Below are positions 29,138 through 38,501 of a stretch of DNA of 64,000 bases, one piece after another. Source of the DNA: an uncultured Candidatus Saccharibacteria bacterium (GTDB lineage Bacteria > Patescibacteriota > Minisyncoccia > Ryanbacterales > HO2-45-13); assembly GCA_964354975.1 (NCBI GenBank), contig CAYHBS010000004.1:3614-67613 (forward strand), read 5' to 3'. The notes below the pieces were generated by a model. The model saw nothing but the letters and a program-made list of their open reading frames with translations. It ran no database searches and was not told the origin of the DNA. Each line of letters begins with the position of its first letter. Position 1 is the first letter of the stretch. A program made the position numbers and the translations under genes.

Positions 29138-29992
29138 GTGTGTAGTAAAAATATGGAATCATTTAAAATTGTCCGCCATCTCGAAGAGTCTCATCAAGAG
29201 GAGATTAATCGTGACGCCGATATAGACCCAGAAGAAATTGCATTGCTAAAGACTTACTACTTGCCTGCGATTTTAGAAAATATACGATCAGGAAAATATG
29301 ACAGTGCAACGGTAATCTGCAGCGACAAGTTGCGCTCAAGCCGGACTGCTGACATCCTTCGGGAAGAACTGCAGCGTTATGGAGATATCCCCGTCAATCA
29401 GGAAACTGACGATCGGATCTCTGCTGAAATCCATGGGCGATATAAAACTGGAACAAATTCTGATAATCCTTTAATTGAACGTGCTAAAATGATTTTTTTA
29501 CATGAGGCATTCGAAAAGCACAATGTTTGGTATAGACACGGATCCGCTAGTAATGATGCGGGTGAAATTCTGTATCCTGAGTTGAATGAAATATTTGAAT
29601 CCCCTGGGGAAAATCAAATTGAATTAAATATTCGCATGTATCGATTTGTTTTGGATTTACTCCAGAGGATTGAAGAAAATCCGACAAATCTCTTCATCTT
29701 ATCTGCTCATCATGTAGTGATGTCCACCTTACTTGCACTTCAGCGCATTTCCGAAAAAGGTGGGCCTTTTATTAACATCCGGTACCACCCTCAGGGCTTA
29801 TTGTATGCGGATCAAAATATGGAAACTGAGGAAATGATCGGGGGTTGGGATAATTTTTACGATTATTACAAATCTCGAAACTATATTTTTGATATTGATG
29901 TTCAAAAACTCAAACAGATAAGAGAGATAATCCAGGCTGAGCTGGATCTTTGCCTAGCGAGCTACACTCAACACTACGGAAATAGACTCTAG
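29138..29992 (+). CDS. Hypothetical protein, possible histidine-phosphatase (phosphoglycerate-mutase-like) fold
   Basis: N-terminal VRH and C-terminal LSAHHV motifs weakly resemble the RHG/SHG catalytic motifs. Confidence 0.3.
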   Translation: MCSKNMESFKIVRHLEESHQEEINRDADIDPEEIALLKTYYLPAILENIRSGKYDSATVICSDKLRSSRTADILREELQRYGDIPVNQETDDRISAEIHGRYKTGTNSDNPLIERAKMIFLHEAFEKHNVWYRHGSASNDAGEILYPELNEIFESPGENQIELNIRMYRFVLDLLQRIEENPTNLFILSAHHVVMSTLLALQRISEKGGPFINIRYHPQGLLYADQNMETEEMIGGWDNFYDYYKSRNYIFDIDVQKLKQIREIIQAELDLCLASYTQHYGNRL

Positions 29993-31665
29993 TCGTTTCC
30001 CTTAATGATCTCGGATTTGAGTAGTTTCCCATTGTAGATTAAACCCTTGGTATAATTTATTTTTTCGTAAAGACTTATCGTATCCTCGAGACTATTTGTC
30101 AGTGGCATGCCCTTAAAATTCAGCGATGTGTTGAGCAATAGTGCAATTCCGGTTTTATGGAAAAACAAACTGATTAAGTCACACAGAAATGGATTATCTT
30201 CCTTTGTGATAGTCTGAACTCGCGCACTCCCGTCTACATGTAGAGCCCCTGGTATTTTTGATTGAACTTCGCTCTTAACTTCATACTTGTAAAGCATAAA
30301 AGGAGATTTTGCAGGTCCAGTAAAGTATTCGTTTAACTTACTTTCCAGCACAATCGGAGCGAGCGGCCTGTAGGATTCGCGCTCTTTGATTCTCTCACTT
30401 AACAAGTCTCTTACTTTTTTACTATCCGGTCTTGCTATGAATGACCTGTTGCCTAGCGCACGTGGCCCTACTTCTGATCGTCCATTATGCACAAGTAATA
30501 TGCCATCAGACAGCAATATTTCGATGCATTTCTCAATTGTCTCCGATGAATATTCATATACATGCACCCCCTCGCCCAAGTAGGGAAAACGTGCACCTAT
30601 TCGTCCCCCTAAGACATTGTTTATCAAAATTGACAATGACCCAAGCGATTGACCTGAATCGTCGCAACAGGGCGCCACAAAGTGAATTTTGTCTTTATAA
30701 AATCCTGCGACGCGAGAATTAAGTTCGAGATTTAAACCCACTCCTCCAGACATAATAATTCCATCAACATTTTTTGCGTGTTGATCAATCACTGAAGAAA
30801 TGTCATCCATCTTGTGATTTACAAAGAATTCCTGGACAGTCGCTGCAAAATCTGTTGCTGAATTGGTTGGCCTTAGTGCTTGACCCTTTAATATCCTTAA
30901 TGGACTACTCTCAAAAATCTGGTAAATATCCTCGTACTTTGCAATTTCTATTTCTCGGTAAATCTGCTCCAAGACATCATAATACTCGACACGCACTTTA
31001 CCCAGTCCAGCTAGTGCCATCATTTTGCCATCTGGTGGATTGTGACTATGAAGCTCCGCTCCGTAAAGAAACATAGCACACGCGCCATAAGTTTTCCCGG
31101 AGATGTGCCCGGCTAAATCAATATTTAGCCTAGTTATAGAATTCCCTCTTCCTAAATAGTACGAGTTACACTCATTCATTTTTGTCAGTGGGTCCACGTC
31201 CCCACCACCATCAGAAGTGACAATAAGGACATTTTCAATTCCTGTGGTTAGATATATCCCCGCATGAGATAAGTGATGATTCGTAATCAAAACGTTACGC
31301 CTTAAACCAAAAAAATTAATTTCTTTCCAAAAGGCTGTCTTTAAGGTTTGCTCACCATAATCAATAATGTCTGCTTCCTGCAAAAAGGGATTGTTAAAGG
31401 TGGTCATAGACCAGTACTTCACACTTTCTATTGACTCTCCTAGTATATTGAGGCCGTATCTCACAAGGTATTCCATTTCATCCACAGCGCAAGCTTTTTT
31501 CTTTTCGCGAAACACTCTTTCAGCCTCTAATACCAAACAGATGTTTCTGCCAAACGCAAAAGATGCGGATGAGTCATGAAAATTAAACGAAATACTGCAG
31601 AACAACTCGCCGTCAATATTGGACGCGTGGGACAGTCCAAATTTTTCTGTACCGCTGTTATCCAA
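29989..31665 (-). CDS. Carbamoyltransferase (NodU/CmcH family)
   Basis: N-terminal LSHASNIDG...FHDSSAS and HLSHAGIY blocks typical of NodU/CmcH O-carbamoyltransferases. 558 aa. Confidence 0.8.
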   Translation of the reverse strand: MDNSGTEKFGLSHASNIDGELFCSISFNFHDSSASFAFGRNICLVLEAERVFREKKKACAVDEMEYLVRYGLNILGESIESVKYWSMTTFNNPFLQEADIIDYGEQTLKTAFWKEINFFGLRRNVLITNHHLSHAGIYLTTGIENVLIVTSDGGGDVDPLTKMNECNSYYLGRGNSITRLNIDLAGHISGKTYGACAMFLYGAELHSHNPPDGKMMALAGLGKVRVEYYDVLEQIYREIEIAKYEDIYQIFESSPLRILKGQALRPTNSATDFAATVQEFFVNHKMDDISSVIDQHAKNVDGIIMSGGVGLNLELNSRVAGFYKDKIHFVAPCCDDSGQSLGSLSILINNVLGGRIGARFPYLGEGVHVYEYSSETIEKCIEILLSDGILLVHNGRSEVGPRALGNRSFIARPDSKKVRDLLSERIKERESYRPLAPIVLESKLNEYFTGPAKSPFMLYKYEVKSEVQSKIPGALHVDGSARVQTITKEDNPFLCDLISLFFHKTGIALLLNTSLNFKGMPLTNSLEDTISLYEKINYTKGLIYNGKLLKSEIIKGND

Positions 31666-31688
31666 AAAAATATTTAATTGATCCTTTT

Positions 31689-32153
31689 TTAGCTCACGCC
31701 AATAAATGGATCCTCTGATTCAGCAAAAAACTTTATGTTCTCCCAGAACGTGTTCTTCAGCCTCTTTGGAAATACCTTCAAATCCTGCAAGTCGTCCTTT
31801 GTGAACCACTTTGCCTCTTCTACTGCCCCATTTGGATCAAGATCAATATGTGCTTCATTTAACGCTTGCTCATGAGACATTTTTGCCAACCAGAATGTTT
31901 CAAGACAAATATTTTCAATCTCTCCCTCGATACCGTGAAATTCTTGGAGATAAAGAAGTTTTAGTATTTCGACGTGCATGCCCGTCTCCTCAAGAACTTC
32001 TCGCTTCGCACATTCAACAATGTTTTCAATCTCATATTCCCAACTCCCCCCGGGGGCATACCAAAACTTAGTGCCCTTATTTCTAACTAGCAAAATCTTG
32101 TTCTCGTCAGGCTTGTAAGTTATAACACGAGCTATTGGTTTAATTTTCTTCAT
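31689..32153 (-). CDS. NUDIX hydrolase
   Basis: Nudix box GGSWEYEIENIVECAKREVLEETG. Confidence 0.8.
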   Translation of the reverse strand: MKKIKPIARVITYKPDENKILLVRNKGTKFWYAPGGSWEYEIENIVECAKREVLEETGMHVEILKLLYLQEFHGIEGEIENICLETFWLAKMSHEQALNEAHIDLDPNGAVEEAKWFTKDDLQDLKVFPKRLKNTFWENIKFFAESEDPFIGVS

Positions 32154-32310
32154 AATTAACGGCCGTGAAGCCTTAGTGATTAATATAGAAACTTATCTTC
32201 TTAGTATGCTATCTCAAATACATGCTTTCTGCATCTATTCTTGCTCAAAGAACGTTTGAGAATACATATTAGCTCGCTTCCCCAATGGATGGTAGAACTG
32301 CGATGAGCTC

Positions 32311-32352
32311 CACAATCAATAATAAAGAAATAGTCTCGCACATGCGAGGCTA
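32311..32352. repeat. Long near-perfect hairpin (aataaagaaatagtctcgca / tgcgagGctatttctttatt)
   Basis: About 20 bp stem with one bulge, immediately left of the direct-repeat copy. Confidence 0.5.
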
Positions 32353-32361
32353 TTTCTTTAT

Positions 32362-32383
32362 TTTGTTGCGGGACCGGGATTTG
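32362..32383. repeat. Direct repeat copy A, tttgttgcgggaccgggatttg (22 bp perfect, with about 50 bp of imperfect extension)
   Basis: Identical 22-mer at 37315-37336. Confidence 0.6.
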
Positions 32384-32553
32384 ATTGGAACCAAGTCTTC
32401 GGGCACATACGGGAAATCGCTATATTCAGTAAAGAAGTGCTCATGCCCGCGTGAAGGGGTGAGGGTGCAGATTTGACGGTATGGGTATTTAAAAAGAATG
32501 CTATTGATAGGCATATAGCATTCTCCTTTAAAGCTCTATCATTCAAATCGTGT

Positions 32554-32958
32554 TCACTGTGGGTATTTCCTGAAACAGTCTGATTTATTTTGCTGAAGCT
32601 GTGCGTCATTCTTATCATGCGCATCAGTAAATGCCGCCGCCCCCACACAGGTGCCACCGCCATCTACTTTACAATCTTCATACATTCCAACTAACTGTCT
32701 CCCCCATTCCTGCCAGTCAATTTCCGCGTTAGTTATGCAAGTATTCAATAATTGTTTAGCCTTCTCTTCAGTACGTGACTCCGTGAATGATTTATTAATT
32801 TGCTCCTGTCTTTCCTGCTCGATTTTTATTAGTTGCTGCTTTTCAATAGACCTTTGCTTGTTTACTTCACTTGCGAAGTAAAAACCGCCCAAAATAATAC
32901 TCGCGACAATAATCGTGACTGGTAATGACAGGTTATTAAATCTTGCGAAGATATCCAA
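32554..32958 (-). CDS. Secreted/membrane-anchored Cys-rich protein (DUF1311/LprI-like, tentative)
   Basis: N-terminal TM and a C-terminal domain with four Cys. Confidence 0.35.
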   Translation of the reverse strand: MDIFARFNNLSLPVTIIVASIILGGFYFASEVNKQRSIEKQQLIKIEQERQEQINKSFTESRTEEKAKQLLNTCITNAEIDWQEWGRQLVGMYEDCKVDGGGTCVGAAAFTDAHDKNDAQLQQNKSDCFRKYPQ

Positions 32959-32963
32959 ATTTT

Positions 32964-33950
32964 TTAGTTATCTTCAAATAAGCTCCCTGCAATCCAATCG
33001 TCGGTTCCGGTTGCTGTTCTGTTTAGTCCTCCACTGACCGTAGCGTGGGGTCCCCAGGATAAATTACCGTTCCCACCAGTTACTGATGAGCCTCCGCTAC
33101 GAGCTTCATTGAATACTCCGCCGCAAACGGCAGCAGAGCCCCCACTGGCAAGATTATCATTTCCTCCGGCAACCGACGCATAATCTGCGGTTGTTTTGTT
33201 TCTCAATCCTCCGCTAATAGTTGAGCTGTTTCCAATAACATTATTTCCTTCTCCGCCAGACACCGATGCATATACACCTGTAGTAGAATTATATCTTCCG
33301 GCTCCAATCCACGACATTAAACCATTGGCAGAATTTCTCCATCCGCCCGTGATAGAGGAAAGCTCTCCAACAGCGTGGTTTTCACTACCACCAACAATTG
33401 TTGAGTTCGCACCGACCAATTGGTTTTGTCGACCAGTAGTAAAGCCGCCATAGCTGATATATTCATGCTCCGGCCCAACAACAAGATTGTGCGAACCGTC
33501 TCGAGAAAATAGGCCGGTGCTTTGCTCATTGTAACCTATAATTAAGTTTCCTAAACCATTCTTTGTTGCCGTACTTCCAGCGCCATTTGTAAGGTGTATG
33601 TTGCATCCTTCAAAATACACATCATTACCATCAACTCTCACACAGGGGATGGATGTTCCGGCAATACCTTGTGGTCCTTGCTCTCCTTGTGAGCCCGCTT
33701 CACCTTGAGGGCCTTGCGCCCCTGTTGCCCCCTGAATATTCCAGACCACGAGCTTTTCTCCCTCTCTGCAAACCGTACGTCTAAAGCCGTCACCTATCAT
33801 CTGCATCGTTCCGTCTCTTTTTACACATGCAGCAAGAGTTTCTCCGCCCACTTGCCCATAAGTTTGAGCAGCAAACATGAGAATTAAGATAACAATACCC
33901 CCGGCAACAAATGAGGGCATATTGATTTGAGAATATTTTGAATAGTTCAT
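32964..33950 (-). CDS. Collagen-like triple-helix repeat protein with C-terminal SGG/NG-repeat beta-helix (phage tail-fibre-like)
   Basis: G-x-y run (GATGAQGPQGEAGSQGEQGPQGIAGT). Repeated xSGGxxN units. N-terminal signal/TM. Confidence 0.6.
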   Translation of the reverse strand: MNYSKYSQINMPSFVAGGIVILILMFAAQTYGQVGGETLAACVKRDGTMQMIGDGFRRTVCREGEKLVVWNIQGATGAQGPQGEAGSQGEQGPQGIAGTSIPCVRVDGNDVYFEGCNIHLTNGAGSTATKNGLGNLIIGYNEQSTGLFSRDGSHNLVVGPEHEYISYGGFTTGRQNQLVGANSTIVGGSENHAVGELSSITGGWRNSANGLMSWIGAGRYNSTTGVYASVSGGEGNNVIGNSSTISGGLRNKTTADYASVAGGNDNLASGGSAAVCGGVFNEARSGGSSVTGGNGNLSWGPHATVSGGLNRTATGTDDWIAGSLFEDN

Positions 33951-34607
33951 GATAGTTTTGATATTAACTAATAATTTTTGATAATTTTACCTCGGCAACA
34001 CAAAACCCACCGCTAGGCGATGGCTTGCGCCACCTACCACTCTTTCGAGCGGTAACCACTGCTGGTGCTCCTAAACGATGGGTTTAGTAGCCAGCAGTGG
34101 TTTTTTGCCATGCCACGAGAAAGGTTGTGGTTTAGGCACACAATACATGTATCTATTTAGTTGTACATCACAATCGTATACTTGCGCTACATACCTGTAA
34201 AGAGTGGGACTAATTGTTAAGCGTATTTATTTCCTCTTGATTATTGGACAAGATTATGCTAAGTTAAAAATAGAAAGTACTTAAGAAAATTATTTTTCCT
34301 GCACAAACGTTCTCGACTGTAATCTACGTATAGCTTGATGCACTCCGAGGGCCAAAGTGACAATATCCCTGAAATATGGGAGGCCATGTTTTCGGCCAGG
34401 CTTCAGTTCAATGCGTGTTATCACTTGGGGAACGATGGAAAAATTTATATTTTTGTGATTACTTGGCGAGATGAATTGACGGGCACCAATCGGTGATACC
34501 CGCGAATCGCGACTAGATGAGTATGTGCAATGCACTCATTTGTGAGGCGTTGCTTTGTTATTCGTCACATCCCGTCAGAGAGTCACAACGAAGCAACGGC
34601 ATCAGAA

Positions 34608-34877
34608 ATGGTGCCGTTATTCGTTTTTCTACTCCTCTTAATGCTCACAATTGCAGAATGTAAGGAAATATTGGGAGAGGATGTGTCATCAATATCTGAT
34701 GATGAAATTTTAGTTGTTCGTGATGCATTATATGCGCTGGCAGAGCTTGCTATAGATAAACAGTCGAATACTAACCACTTTGATTTTCATGCTGGTTTTG
34801 GGCAAAAGGACGGCATCCCCCCGCCCAAAACCGACATGAGAACCGGGAGATGCCATGACCCAAAACCAGGAGAATAA
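34608..34877 (+). CDS. Hypothetical exported or lipoprotein-like protein
   Basis: MVPLFVFLLLLMLTIAEC signal-like N-terminus. Start trimmed from the ORF at 34530. Confidence 0.3.
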   Translation: MVPLFVFLLLLMLTIAECKEILGEDVSSISDDEILVVRDALYALAELAIDKQSNTNHFDFHAGFGQKDGIPPPKTDMRTGRCHDPKPGE

Positions 34878-35394
34878 AAATTGCGCTAAAGCGATAAAAA
34901 TACCATATATTATGATTCCTACAGCAGTTGCAATGCGCAAAGATATTTCCCAAGGAGCGAAATTAACATACGGCATTATTTACACGCGACAGAATGGGAC
35001 GAAACCAGCCTACGCATCCCAAAAAAATATGGCTTTTCATATCGGCGTCTCTGAACGAACTATTCGAAAATATTTACGGGCATTAATAGCTCTGAATTTG
35101 ATATATCAGAAGCGCTTTGGACTAACGAGAACCAATAGATACTGGGTAAAGGACCGCACGAAACCGTCCTCTCATGATAGGAACTCTACTTCGGCTCTAC
35201 ATAGGTATGAACCTTCCGGTCATAGTAATAGTAAGGGAAATAGTAAAGCAGTAAGTCAGCTGCCCTTACATAAATCAGAAGGAACATGGAGGGAATACCG
35301 TATTCATAGACACCCTGATGGTAATATCAAGATTTGTGTTGACAGCGAATGGAAGATATTCGCGGGTGACGAACGCGACATTATATGGAAATAA
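34855..35394 (+). CDS. Winged-helix HTH protein (phage replication-organizer/DnaD-like N-terminal domain, tentative)
   Basis: IKIPYIMIPTAV...FHIGVSERTIRKYLRALIALNLI HTH pattern. Confidence 0.45.
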   Translation: MTQNQENKNCAKAIKIPYIMIPTAVAMRKDISQGAKLTYGIIYTRQNGTKPAYASQKNMAFHIGVSERTIRKYLRALIALNLIYQKRFGLTRTNRYWVKDRTKPSSHDRNSTSALHRYEPSGHSNSKGNSKAVSQLPLHKSEGTWREYRIHRHPDGNIKICVDSEWKIFAGDERDIIWK

Positions 35395-35786
35395 GAATGA
35401 GCAAGACACACATCGGGCCAGAAAACTCACAAAAAAAATCCCAACTTACAGTTAAACAGAAAGAGTGGGTTTCCGAAACCATTGCCACAAAAAATCCAAC
35501 GGAAGCCGCCTATCGAGCCTATGATGTTAAAGACCGACATAATGCATCAGTTATTGCTTCTGAAAACCTGTTAAAACCTTACTTACGAGAGGCATTAAAT
35601 GAAATGCTGGAAAACCATAATCTGCATTTAAATGACACCGTGCAAGAACATAAATGGCTCATCGCACAACGTGAGCATATTGCTACAAAGTTCGATGCAA
35701 TTAAAGAACACTACGAATTGCTCGGTCTACACACAAAGGACAGAGTCAATACAGGAATAAATATTGCATTAGTGGTCAGAAAATGA
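35385..35786 (+). CDS. Phage terminase small subunit-like protein
   Basis: LTVKQKEWVSETIATKNPTEAAYRAYDVKD resembles the TerS (Terminase_2) N-terminal helix pattern. Confidence 0.45.
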   Translation: MEIRMSKTHIGPENSQKKSQLTVKQKEWVSETIATKNPTEAAYRAYDVKDRHNASVIASENLLKPYLREALNEMLENHNLHLNDTVQEHKWLIAQREHIATKFDAIKEHYELLGLHTKDRVNTGINIALVVRK

Positions 35787-35811
35787 AACAGATGTAATGA
35801 TAAAATAATAT

Positions 35812-37404
35812 ATGCAGACTCCAAAAGGAATCATCTATTGCAGGGTGTCTTCTCAAGACCAGGTATCTGGGACTTCTTTAGATAGCCAACAAAAAGCATG
35901 TTTGGAATATGCAGAAACAAAAGGTATTAAAGTTGAGAAAATATTTGTCGAAAAAGGAGAGTCAGCCACTGCCGCAAATAGAGCGGAACTGATAAAAGCA
36001 TTGAACTTTTGTGGAGACAGAAAGGGTCAGATTTCGGCATTTATTGTTTGGAAGATTGATAGATTTGCGCGAAATACAACTGACCACTTTGGCTTACAGG
36101 CACAATTAATTAAATTTGGGACATCATTACATTCTGTTACCGAACCTATCGATAAAACTCCTATCGGAAAGATGATGGAAACCATGCTAGCCGGATATGC
36201 TCAGCTTGAAAATGATATTAGGCGGCAAAGATGCGAGGGGGGTATGCAGCGCAAAATTGCAGAAGGCATTCGACCGTGGAAACCACCACTGGGCTATGCC
36301 GTTCCACCAAAGACTGAGCGGAGGAAAACCAAGGCAGATGTGCGTGACCCCGAGCGTTTTCTGCTTGTACAAAAAACATTAAAGGCATATGCCACAGGGG
36401 CTTATTCCATAGCTAATTTAACCCAGGAAGCGACTAAACGGGGTCTTCGCACTCGTACTGGGAAGCCTATGCGCATTCAGCTTCTAGAGCGACTATTAAC
36501 AGATAAGTATTATGCGGGAATATTAACTGACCCCTGGACCAAGAAAGAGTACCCCGGACTACATGAACCAATGATAACCCTTGAGGAACACCAGCACATC
36601 CAACTCGTAAAATCTGGCCTATCCAACAATGCAATTAATACACGAACCTATGCTCATCCAGATTTTCCACTTCGAGGGCTTTTGATTTGTGTGTGTGGCG
36701 TGAAATTGACCGCTGGTTGGACGAAAGGAAGAAACAACAAATACCCCTATTATCACTGTAAACAAAAAGGATGCGTGCACTTTGGACATGCAATTCCTAA
36801 ACATAGGCTGGAGGAAAAGTTTCTTATTTTTCTCAAGCGCATTACCCCTCAGGAGCATTTCATAAAACTTTTTGAAACCATTGTGCTAGATGTATGGCGA
36901 AACAAACATCAATCACACACACAACAACGCATGCATTATGAAGCGGAAATCAAAAGATTAAATTCGCAACGAGAGCGATATATTGAAATGCGCGCAAATG
37001 GAGAGATTAACCGCGAGGAATTTAAAATCTATAGTGAACGCTTAGAAAACCAGATAACGGGTCTTACTATTTCGAGAAACGAAGAGAATATTGAAGAGTT
37101 AGACATGGGGACATTACTCTCCTATACAACACAATTCATGCGTAATTTATCTCGGCAGTGGCAGGATATGCAGGATATAAAACAAAAACAGCGGCTCCAG
37201 AAATTGGTTCTACCGGAAGGGATTATGTTTGATAAATCCACCGGAGAGCTTGGAACCGCTGTTTTGTCGCCTGTTTTCAGGATGAATCAGGTATTTGAGG
37301 ATGGCGAATCCGACTTTGTTGCGGGACCGGGATTTGCACCCGGGTCTGGAGGTTCGCACATTCCCAATATTTCTAATGGGGCTGGACTATACCATCTTCC
37401 ATAA
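35812..37404 (+). CDS. Large serine recombinase (resolvase/invertase N-terminal catalytic domain plus recombinase and zinc-ribbon/coiled-coil domains)
   Basis: YCRVSSQDQ catalytic Ser motif, DRFARN, recombinase domain and a Cys cluster. 530 aa. Confidence 0.9.
   Translation: MQTPKGIIYCRVSSQDQVSGTSLDSQQKACLEYAETKGIKVEKIFVEKGESATAANRAELIKALNFCGDRKGQISAFIVWKIDRFARNTTDHFGLQAQLIKFGTSLHSVTEPIDKTPIGKMMETMLAGYAQLENDIRRQRCEGGMQRKIAEGIRPWKPPLGYAVPPKTERRKTKADVRDPERFLLVQKTLKAYATGAYSIANLTQEATKRGLRTRTGKPMRIQLLERLLTDKYYAGILTDPWTKKEYPGLHEPMITLEEHQHIQLVKSGLSNNAINTRTYAHPDFPLRGLLICVCGVKLTAGWTKGRNNKYPYYHCKQKGCVHFGHAIPKHRLEEKFLIFLKRITPQEHFIKLFETIVLDVWRNKHQSHTQQRMHYEAEIKRLNSQRERYIEMRANGEINREEFKIYSERLENQITGLTISRNEENIEELDMGTLLSYTTQFMRNLSRQWQDMQDIKQKQRLQKLVLPEGIMFDKSTGELGTAVLSPVFRMNQVFEDGESDFVAGPGFAPGSGGSHIPNISNGAGLYHLP
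37315..37336. repeat. Direct repeat copy B, tttgttgcgggaccgggatttg, inside the 3' end of the serine recombinase gene
   Basis: Identical to 32362-32383. Confidence 0.6.
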
Positions 37405-37733
37405 TTGGAAGTCCTCATTATAGTCTCTGAACCTTTCCTATCTATCAGATAAGACTTGGCTGCTGATTGTCGAATCTCTGTTTTTTTTTGCCATCACGCC
37501 CACTCTTTCGAATCACGTTGTGGCAAACAAAGCTCTCACGAGTTTCCAGCAGTTTCGAAGATTTTTCCGTCGCACATTACTGAGCGAGGTCACAATTATT
37601 TATGAGCCTCCCGAGGTACTACTCCTCTATCCCGCGGCTTACAGATTACCACAATATTACAACTGTGACAATCTTGGCACATACAAAATAACTGTGAATA
37701 TTATCGAACCAACGATATGATATAATATATATT

Positions 37734-38438
37734 ATGGCTAAAACACTGGCGCGCTCACGTGCAATACAATTACGCATAGAAGGAAAAAGTGTCAAGGAAA
37801 TTGCGCGATTGTTACAGGTTTCTACAAGCTCCGTAAGTATCTGGTGCCGCGACATTCAACTCTCATCTACTCAGTCTGAATTCCTTCGGTTAAGGCAAAT
37901 TGCATCAGGTTTCAGGGGTCGCCAAATCGGTGCCGACGTAAATAGAAAGAAGAAGCAATTGCGCATCGAAAAAGCACGCATTTACGCAGCAACGCTGTGG
38001 AAACAACATGGAGATGATCCTCTGTTTTTATTGGGCATTGGCTTGTATTGGGGGGAGGGAAGCAAAACTGATAAGTTGAGTTTTTCCAATTCGGATCCTG
38101 CTATGGTGCGATTTATGATGCTTTGGTTACAAAAATACCTCGGCGTATCGAAAAGTGATTTTGTCGCACGCGTCTATATAAACAATATTCACCATAAGCG
38201 CGCTACGGTGGTTCAACAATATTGGATACACTATCTCACATTGCCGGAAAGACAATTTCGATCTACGTGCTATATTTATTCAGTCCCTAAAAAACGGTAC
38301 GACAATCATGATATATATTTTGGTATACTTGCATTACGTGTTCGCCGTAGTACAGTATTGAAATATATTGTGCTAGCATTGCTCGCACGAGTAAAGGATG
38401 TCGGGGTAGCTCAGTTGGTTAGAGCGGAGCACTCATAA
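37734..38438 (+). CDS. HTH plus single-motif LAGLIDADG-like endonuclease (tentative)
   Basis: N-terminal HTH (GKSVKEIARLLQVSTSSVSIWCR). LLGIGLYWGEGSK resembles the LAGLIDADG motif. The 3' end overlaps the tRNA. Confidence 0.4.
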   Translation: MAKTLARSRAIQLRIEGKSVKEIARLLQVSTSSVSIWCRDIQLSSTQSEFLRLRQIASGFRGRQIGADVNRKKKQLRIEKARIYAATLWKQHGDDPLFLLGIGLYWGEGSKTDKLSFSNSDPAMVRFMMLWLQKYLGVSKSDFVARVYINNIHHKRATVVQQYWIHYLTLPERQFRSTCYIYSVPKKRYDNHDIYFGILALRVRRSTVLKYIVLALLARVKDVGVAQLVRAEHS

Positions 38439-38473
38439 AGCTCAGGTCGGCAGTTCGATCCTGCCCCCCGGCA
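38400..38473 (+). tRNA. tRNA with CAT anticodon (Met, or Ile2 if modified)
   Basis: Manual fold: acceptor gtcgggg/ccccggc, D-arm gctc-agttggtta-gagc, anticodon loop ctCATaa, T-arm ggcag-ttcgatc-ctgcc, discriminator A. One A-A mispair at 31-39. No encoded CCA. Confidence 0.75.
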
Positions 38474-38501
38474 CAAGTATAAAAAAGCCATTTGGCGTTT
38501 T

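Noticed and set aside
32358-32663. ORF 32358..32663 (minus, 101 aa) and ORF 32285..32476 (plus)
   Set aside because: They overlap the long hairpin and direct-repeat copy A. The sequences are low-complexity with no motifs. The repeat is read in a different strand and frame from copy B, so this is a DNA-level feature and not a gene.
37311-37350. tRNA-Gln-like anticodon stem-loop (ccggg-atTTGca-cccgg) inside the direct repeat
   Set aside because: No D-arm, T-arm or acceptor stem can be formed from the flanks. Interpreted as part of the att-like repeat instead.
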